Source: a virus
Virus record (IMG/VR): IMGVR_UViG_3300035138_000114
DNA length: 64,000 bases
Reading direction: 5' to 3' (one strand)
Made by a program: the position numbers and the translations under genes
In this document: in pieces, positions 58,242-64,000 of the stretch
Layout: each line of letters starts with the position of its first letter
Position numbering within the stretch: position 1 is the stretch's first letter
The notes under the pieces: generated by a model
What the model was told of the DNA's origin: nothing
Databases searched by the model: none
What the model saw: the letters and a program-made list of their open reading frames with translations, nothing else

Positions 58242-58847
58242 TCATGGTTCCATAACCTCTCTCAATAAGTAATAAATCGGATCTTCACGCCGAAAATAGG
58301 CGTAATAACGACCTTTAAGGCGTCGGACCAACATTTTATCTTCCGTTTCTATGGTTCGTATATCCCCGGTATAAGGAGTTATGAGTGTCCCTCTTGTCAA
58401 TTGAATTAAAGTTTCTTCGTTTTCTCCCAATTCTAAATAAAGGCCCCAAATGACCAGCATAAGGATATGACGGAACTCAACCCGATTTACGGCTGTAGAC
58501 GGGTTACAATGTTTTGTCCGGTGCATGGCACAAAACATTTGAATAAATTGAGTCGGATTCATCCCTGGGAAGCCCTCTTTCTGGCATTCTTCTTGAGTCA
58601 TTGCTTTTAAACGTTTTTTCTGGCTAGACAGGACTACAATTTGTCCGTATTTGGTCATCTTTTCGCCTTTTTTAAATCCCATACAACGGTTTGCTACGTT
58701 CAAAAGGTCACCCGATTGCAGAAACCACCAGCCTAACCGCCGTGTAACGGTCTTTATGACAATATGAGGAGGTAGTTTTGTTGCCAGATATTCCTGCCAC
58801 ATGGTCATCTGTGGAAGCGTTGCCATAAAAGACATGTTTCGTGCCAT
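58242..58847 (-). CDS. ASCH/PUA-like domain protein
   Basis: MSF..T..Q, KTVTRRLGW, MG.K.GE, EC..EGFP...FI..FC, V.R.EF. Confidence 0.7.
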   Translation of the reverse strand: MARNMSFMATLPQMTMWQEYLATKLPPHIVIKTVTRRLGWWFLQSGDLLNVANRCMGFKKGEKMTKYGQIVVLSSQKKRLKAMTQEECQKEGFPGMNPTQFIQMFCAMHRTKHCNPSTAVNRVEFRHILMLVIWGLYLELGENEETLIQLTRGTLITPYTGDIRTIETEDKMLVRRLKGRYYAYFRREDPIYYLLREVMEP

Positions 58848-59534
58848 ACGTTAATCCTCGGTTATTCTGCGATCCGGGTAATGACAAAAGTAACAAATCC
58901 GATGATACCTACAGCCCCTATTCCGGGGTTTATAAAGTACCCAACGACTCCGATAATGGTCAGAATTATTCCGACAATTTGTACTTTTTTGACTGTCTTC
59001 ATTGCCGCTCTCCTTTCCCGTTAATGGCGTATATTTCGGGCGGTGACACTGAAATATCTACCACCATAAACGGCTTTTCTTTTTGTCGGGCGAAGTATGC
59101 AACCGCCCGACCTTTCGAGTCTTGTTGGAAAATGGTCGCTTTTTCATCTGATATTTCCTGATATTTTTTGATAGATGCCCGTATCCGGTTTTTATGCGGG
59201 CACCCGCCTTCTTTCGGCTCTATAAAGATGACAGTTAATGTTCCTTCTTCCATATCAAAATAACCGTTGTTGCCCTAATCTTTGTTCAAGGTATTTTTGC
59301 ATAATCACAAAAGCCTCACTACGGAAGTTTTGATCAAGCTCTTTCTCGTTTTCGCCGTCTTCATTAGGATGCCAGGTCTCAGGATATGCCTTCTCTAAAA
59401 TCATATCCCAGTCTTTGGGAGATACCTCTGCCAGTGAGGTATAGTCTTCTCCTACAAGTTTCCCGAAAAGAAAGCAACATTCTTCCTCTGAAGATGCCTG
59501 TACCTCTCTGCCTAACGCCCGTAATCGGGCTTGC

Positions 59535-60158
59535 TTACGCTTTGACAGGGGCTTCATCTGTGGAATGTTTCTTTTCTTGTGAAGAAAAGATGGCAATAAA
59601 TGTTTCTACTGAGATACCAAGTCGGTTACAAACATCTTCCCGGTATTGATTCATAGCTTTCTGCCCGTCTTCTTGAGTTATAATGTGGATCTCCTTATTC
59701 CCGATTCTGACCTTTTGCGTAGGAATCCGCTTTTTTTCACTTTCAACCGTAGTACACCGGGCGCGGAATGTCCGAAATTTCATGCTTAGTCCAGCTTTCT
59801 CAAAAGCATCATGAAGGGTGCTGATGGTGTAATGTTGGTTAAAGAATCCTTCAATTAATTCTATATTCGCCGCGATAGATGGGCGTTCCGAGAAGTCAAA
59901 CGTTTCCGGATCAATATGATCTTTTAATAGAGTCAGATATTTTTCCGCATCCTTCCGATTTAACACAGCAATTTTATCTTTTCCGATTTGTAGAACCCCA
60001 GTGGTCGGGAATATTGGTGGACGGTATGAAGTTACGCGGCTTCGTATCGTAGCAAGTGGAATATCCGTTTCACGTGTCACTTGTCTGATCCATTCTGTGA
60101 CCGTAATAAATGTTTTCAATTTATTGGTAACATATTCTGGTATTATAAGTTCTGTCAT
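59535..60158 (-). CDS. hypothetical protein with an internal two-fold sequence repeat
   Basis: Two similar ..T.R.R.T....PT....IG.K.I units. Confidence 0.45.
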   Translation of the reverse strand: MTELIIPEYVTNKLKTFITVTEWIRQVTRETDIPLATIRSRVTSYRPPIFPTTGVLQIGKDKIAVLNRKDAEKYLTLLKDHIDPETFDFSERPSIAANIELIEGFFNQHYTISTLHDAFEKAGLSMKFRTFRARCTTVESEKKRIPTQKVRIGNKEIHIITQEDGQKAMNQYREDVCNRLGISVETFIAIFSSQEKKHSTDEAPVKA

Positions 60159-60768
60159 ATTTCCCTCCTAAGGGCCATCAAGACAATAGTTTCGGGTTGT
60201 TATGTCTAATATAAAAATATATAATGAAAATGTCAAGCTATTTTTTTATTAAAATTGTCCGCCTTGCGGGGAAGGGGTTTTGAGACGTGATCCTTAGAAA
60301 TTTTTTACCATCTAAAACGTCCAAATTTCGATTCTAAGACGTTTTTATTTCCGCCTGACTATTGGTATTCCCATACATACCAAAATCCCGAAATCTTCCA
60401 TGAACCGGGCAATTTATTTTTTCACGTTTTATCTCCGAACAGGGCTATAAAAGCGTTATATTTCGCCGCCCCTACCTTTCTTCCCTTGTTTTCTTTTCTG
60501 ACGGGAGAACCTGGGAGCCTGTCATGATTAGATACCCGTAGAATACCCGATAAATACTCTCAAGTGGCAGTTGACAAAGCTTTACCCCGTCAAGATAGAG
60601 GAATGAGACTGTTTTTCCTTGCGTGAACCTGCCTCCGACCCGTTTTTCACGGCATTCGAGGTCTCCGGATCGAAAGTTCTGGCATAATATCCCCGGAGCG
60701 GTTATTTCGATTTCTCCCCGTTGTATACACTCGTTTAAAAACGTCCTTACTGTTCTCATAATTTAACA

Positions 60769-60855
60769 CTCTGGCGCTCTGAGAGACGCCACACGCTGTT
60801 TTATAGACCCGTCCCCTATGAGTATAGGGGTTGGCATCCCCAAATGCTTAAAACG
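60769..60855 (+). repeat. R2 dispersed repeat
   Basis: CTCTGGCGCTCTGAGAGACGCCACACGCT..CCCCTATGAGTATAGGGGTTGGC. Confidence 0.65.
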
Positions 60856-61133
60856 TTTATCTGTAAATGTCGGTTATCGTTTCTGCTTTCTCTTTGACCG
60901 TAAAACGGACAACACAGTGTTGGAAATGTTTCCCGTATGTCGATCTGTAACGCCTTAAAAATCGTTGAAAGTGCTGGTAATCCCGAAAATAAACTTCACT
61001 GGCGGTATCACTGATTTCAACGGGCCAATACTCGGAGTCAGGCTCTACCGTTACCCGTTGCTTCTTCTTTTTTTGCTTTTTTGAGGCTGTTGTCGGCTGA
61101 AAATTTAATGGTAATTGACACATAAAATTCCCT

Positions 61134-61232
61134 CTCTGGCTCTCTGAGAGACGCCACACGCTATTTTATAGGCCCATCCCCTATGAAGATACAGGCACGG
61201 CGTTCAAATCCTTAGAAACGAAATTTGAACGC
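61134..61232 (+). repeat. R2 dispersed repeat
   Basis: CTCTGGCTCTCTGAGAGACGCCACACGCT..CCCCTATGAAGAT..TCCTTAGAAACGAAATTT. Confidence 0.65.
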
Positions 61233-62120
61233 CGACCTGAACTATGGAGGCTCAGGATACCCACAGATTGGCGATAACTGCGTTAACTGCTAAAAGTTGT
61301 TCCACTGAATTTATCGTAATTTCCCGGACTGCTTGGTAATTGAAATAAGTGTCAATGATAATGCCCGTATCTTCTTCAATTTCAGAGAAATCATAGTCAT
61401 TTCGGGCACAGTGGGCTTTTACCCAGTCTCTCATAAGCTGGTCACTTGCTTCGGCAAGAAAGTCTGCTTGTAATTCAATATTCCGTTGTAACATCCACGC
61501 GGCCTGAGTATCTGTTGGGTCAATTGCGGCATAAAAAACACCTGACACAAAATTCCCTTGCCATGTCTCTGTCCCGTAGATCGGTCTCGGAGCATTACAA
61601 ATAAACCAGCCTTTTGCAGCATACCGGAAGAATGCCTCAGAGAGGCGCTCTGTGATAACTCTTCTAATTCTTATTTTCATGTTATTCTCCTTAACATTAA
61701 CACATGAATCCTGATACCGTATATCCGCATTTTTGACAAACGAGGCAAAAACTCCCGTGTTCGGCGGCTGTTTCAGGATCGGTTTCATCTATGAAGTCAT
61801 GTTGACAACGCCAAATTTTAAACTCTTCCCATAAATAAGTGCAAATGAATTGTAAAGCTGAAGTATCAGGAAGCTCCACAATATCCCCCGTTATAGGTTC
61901 AACGTCTACATTCTAGTCATTACGATGTTTTGTAGCTTCAATGAACTCTTTTGCCCAAATGACGGGCTTAGGTGTTCTGAAAAAATGAGTTTTTCCCCAA
62001 ACTGTCGTCATGATGTTTTGGTACGGGCTTTTTCTGCTTCCTGTGAATCTGATTTTTAAGTTTTTCATAATGTGACCTCCAAAAAAGTTAATGTCACTTG
62101 TAGTTAAGTTAAATACGGGC

Positions 62121-62693
62121 TTAGAAGGACATCATTGCTTCTTCTGCCCAGGTTGCAAAGTCGTTTAAAGTATACGTTCGGTTTCCTCTGCCTTGAAACT
62201 TGTTAAAAGCTGTTTTGGCTAATAATTGCGGGTCTTTATCGGTTGTTGCTTGCATAAATTCAATGGCTAGATTTTTAATACTTTTCCCACGTGTTTTGAT
62301 ATGAATATTTTTTTGTTCATCTAAAGAAAGTCCTTCGACCCGCTGTTGGGCTTTTTCGCCGTGTAACAATATATCGAATTTGCTATATTTGCGGGCTTCT
62401 TTGAATCCCCATTCCAGGATGAGATAATACATATTTTCGGGGCGTGGGACTGTGAAAATAACTTTATAAGTAATTCCGGCTTCCTGGGCTGCCCGTAAAA
62501 AGGCGCAACCTTTACCGCTTTCATGATCAGTGAAACGCTCTTTGACCGTCTTTTGGGTGTATCCGCCGTAATATTCCTTGCCTTTGAATTTTCTGCTTAA
62601 CTTTGCTAAATAAAAACAGTCTTTATCATTCCCGAAGCCGTTGACGATCCGGGTTACTTTGCGTTTTTTGTTTGCTTTCTCTTTCTTTGTCAT
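62121..62693 (-). CDS. GIY-YIG nuclease-like early protein
   Basis: FYL.K.....YYGGYT....ERF..H.SG.G; GGAGGTCAC RBS; ATG at 62693. Confidence 0.6.
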   Translation of the reverse strand: MTKKEKANKKRKVTRIVNGFGNDKDCFYLAKLSRKFKGKEYYGGYTQKTVKERFTDHESGKGCAFLRAAQEAGITYKVIFTVPRPENMYYLILEWGFKEARKYSKFDILLHGEKAQQRVEGLSLDEQKNIHIKTRGKSIKNLAIEFMQATTDKDPQLLAKTAFNKFQGRGNRTYTLNDFATWAEEAMMSF

Positions 62694-62727
62694 GCTGTGA
62701 CCTCCTATTTGTAGTGGAAACAATGTT

Positions 62728-62838
62728 TGTAACGTCCTTACTACCATATAATCAAAAGATGAGAATGTCAATAGCCAAGTGCAAAAAAATTACGGAAAAA
62801 TCAGGCGAAAACCTTGTTTTTACCGTGTATCGGGCGAA
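62728..62838 (-). promoter_or_regulatory. repeated promoter module 4
   Basis: TTGACA(62771)-17 nt-TATGGT AGTAAGGACGTTACA on the - strand. Confidence 0.7.
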
Positions 62839-62965
62839 GATTTTTTAAAAAAATTTTTGATTAATTTCGATAAAGAGCGGTATAGTTGACATCCACAAAA
62901 AGTTTTGCTATACTCAGAAGGAATTGAAATTTCAATCCAACTAATCTCAAAAGGAGAACATACGT

Positions 62966-63664
62966 ATGGATCCAGTTGATGCTAAATTCGGGATGACCGG
63001 CCCTTTTTCCGCCATAGCCAAAACTTACGGCTTTACCGGATTAAAAGTTCAGGCTGGTTGCGACCGCCCGGAATACTTTCATCGGAAGACTGATACCGTC
63101 CGGTGTGATTCAGAGTATTACAATTCTTGGGGAATTGAACGTCAAGCTGGCCCGTTCGGACGGGATAGTATCGCAGGGGTGAATTATAATGAAGGAGAAG
63201 AAGTCGGCTTTATGCATGAAGTTTGCCGAAATCCAGAAACAGTCCCGGCATTCGGGGAATTGCTTCTCAAAACGGATTATTTGATTCTTCCTTTCCTTAA
63301 CATTACGTGTTCAGTTAACGGGAAAGGAGAGTTGCCATCTGGATATGATGAAGATACCAGAGGACAAGTGGTTAGCCCGTTTTCAATAGCTTCTTGTCGA
63401 GGCAGTTTTACACTAAATATTCCTGAAACGATCCAAAGAGACTGTTCTGAGGAATATCCGTTGACCGATTTCTGGACATGGACGGTCAATTTCGGAGTGG
63501 ATGAAAAGTCTACAGACCCTGACGGGACGGATCATTTGATTACCCTCTCAACAGAAGCACAGGCGTTTATGGCGACGTTTTGCTCCTTGTCACGGGCAAT
63601 TGTCATGAGTGAAAATGCTCCGCCCCGGCTGACAGAGACCATTACCAACTATCCAGATACCTAA
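62966..63664 (+). CDS. hypothetical protein (possibly structural)
   Basis: AAAGGAG RBS; beta-rich composition. Confidence 0.45.
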   Translation: MDPVDAKFGMTGPFSAIAKTYGFTGLKVQAGCDRPEYFHRKTDTVRCDSEYYNSWGIERQAGPFGRDSIAGVNYNEGEEVGFMHEVCRNPETVPAFGELLLKTDYLILPFLNITCSVNGKGELPSGYDEDTRGQVVSPFSIASCRGSFTLNIPETIQRDCSEEYPLTDFWTWTVNFGVDEKSTDPDGTDHLITLSTEAQAFMATFCSLSRAIVMSENAPPRLTETITNYPDT

Positions 63665-63666
63665 AA

Positions 63667-63990
63667 ATGGCTGAAGTAACAGACGTTCCAATCATTACGA
63701 TTAAGATTTTAGCGTCCGAGCCTCGGGATGTCCGTAGAGATACCCTTGACGGATATGAAGTCGGACAGAGGCTCGGTGTGGTCACCCGAAAGCTGGTCTA
63801 TGCCGATCTGGTTACGGAAGATGAAGTTGAAAACCTCATAGCAACCGAATTTCCTGGACCAGAAGGCGGGCAAGGAGCGTTCTATTTTGAATCCCGCTCC
63901 GGTCAAGACATCGTAGGACACTGTTATGACCGGAGCAACGTCTTATTGACGGGAAGCCGAAAAACCCCGTCAACTACGCCTGGGCTATAA
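63667..63990 (+). CDS. hypothetical protein
   Basis: Directly follows the previous ORF. Confidence 0.45.
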   Translation: MAEVTDVPIITIKILASEPRDVRRDTLDGYEVGQRLGVVTRKLVYADLVTEDEVENLIATEFPGPEGGQGAFYFESRSGQDIVGHCYDRSNVLLTGSRKTPSTTPGL

Positions 63991-64000
63991 TTTATTCCTC

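Overview
The window looks like part of a large, AT-rich bacteriophage or phage-plasmid genome. It has a GpA-type terminase large subunit, a putative Rep gene with iterons, tRNA-Cys, a 5'-3' exonuclease, ParB-like proteins, three DNA methyltransferase families and a 7-deazaguanine gene set (queD, queE, folE, queC, queF, truncated dpdA-like gene). It also has small-gene blocks driven by repeated sigma70-type promoters. The most striking system is a compact TnpB-derived type V (Cas12-like, 611 aa) locus with no adaptation genes in the window. It lies at 39.5-42.3 kb with a self-promoted tracrRNA and a 9-repeat CRISPR array. Two further copies of the tracr scaffold, at about 31.8 kb and 50.9 kb, are fused in cis to a repeat-like 3' end (ATTGAAAG), so they look like natural single-guide RNAs. 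Other accessory features are an attC-bounded integron-cassette array (4.1-7.8 kb) with a duplicated attC-like site at 58 kb, and a 4-copy structured RNA-like element with covariation and a pseudoknot. There is also a mini IS200/IS605 derivative, an IS607 next to a truncated IS605 tnpB, and a dispersed CCCCTAT/ATAGGGG palindromic repeat family. All calls come from motif recognition and manual alignment only. No database searches or folding computations were run.
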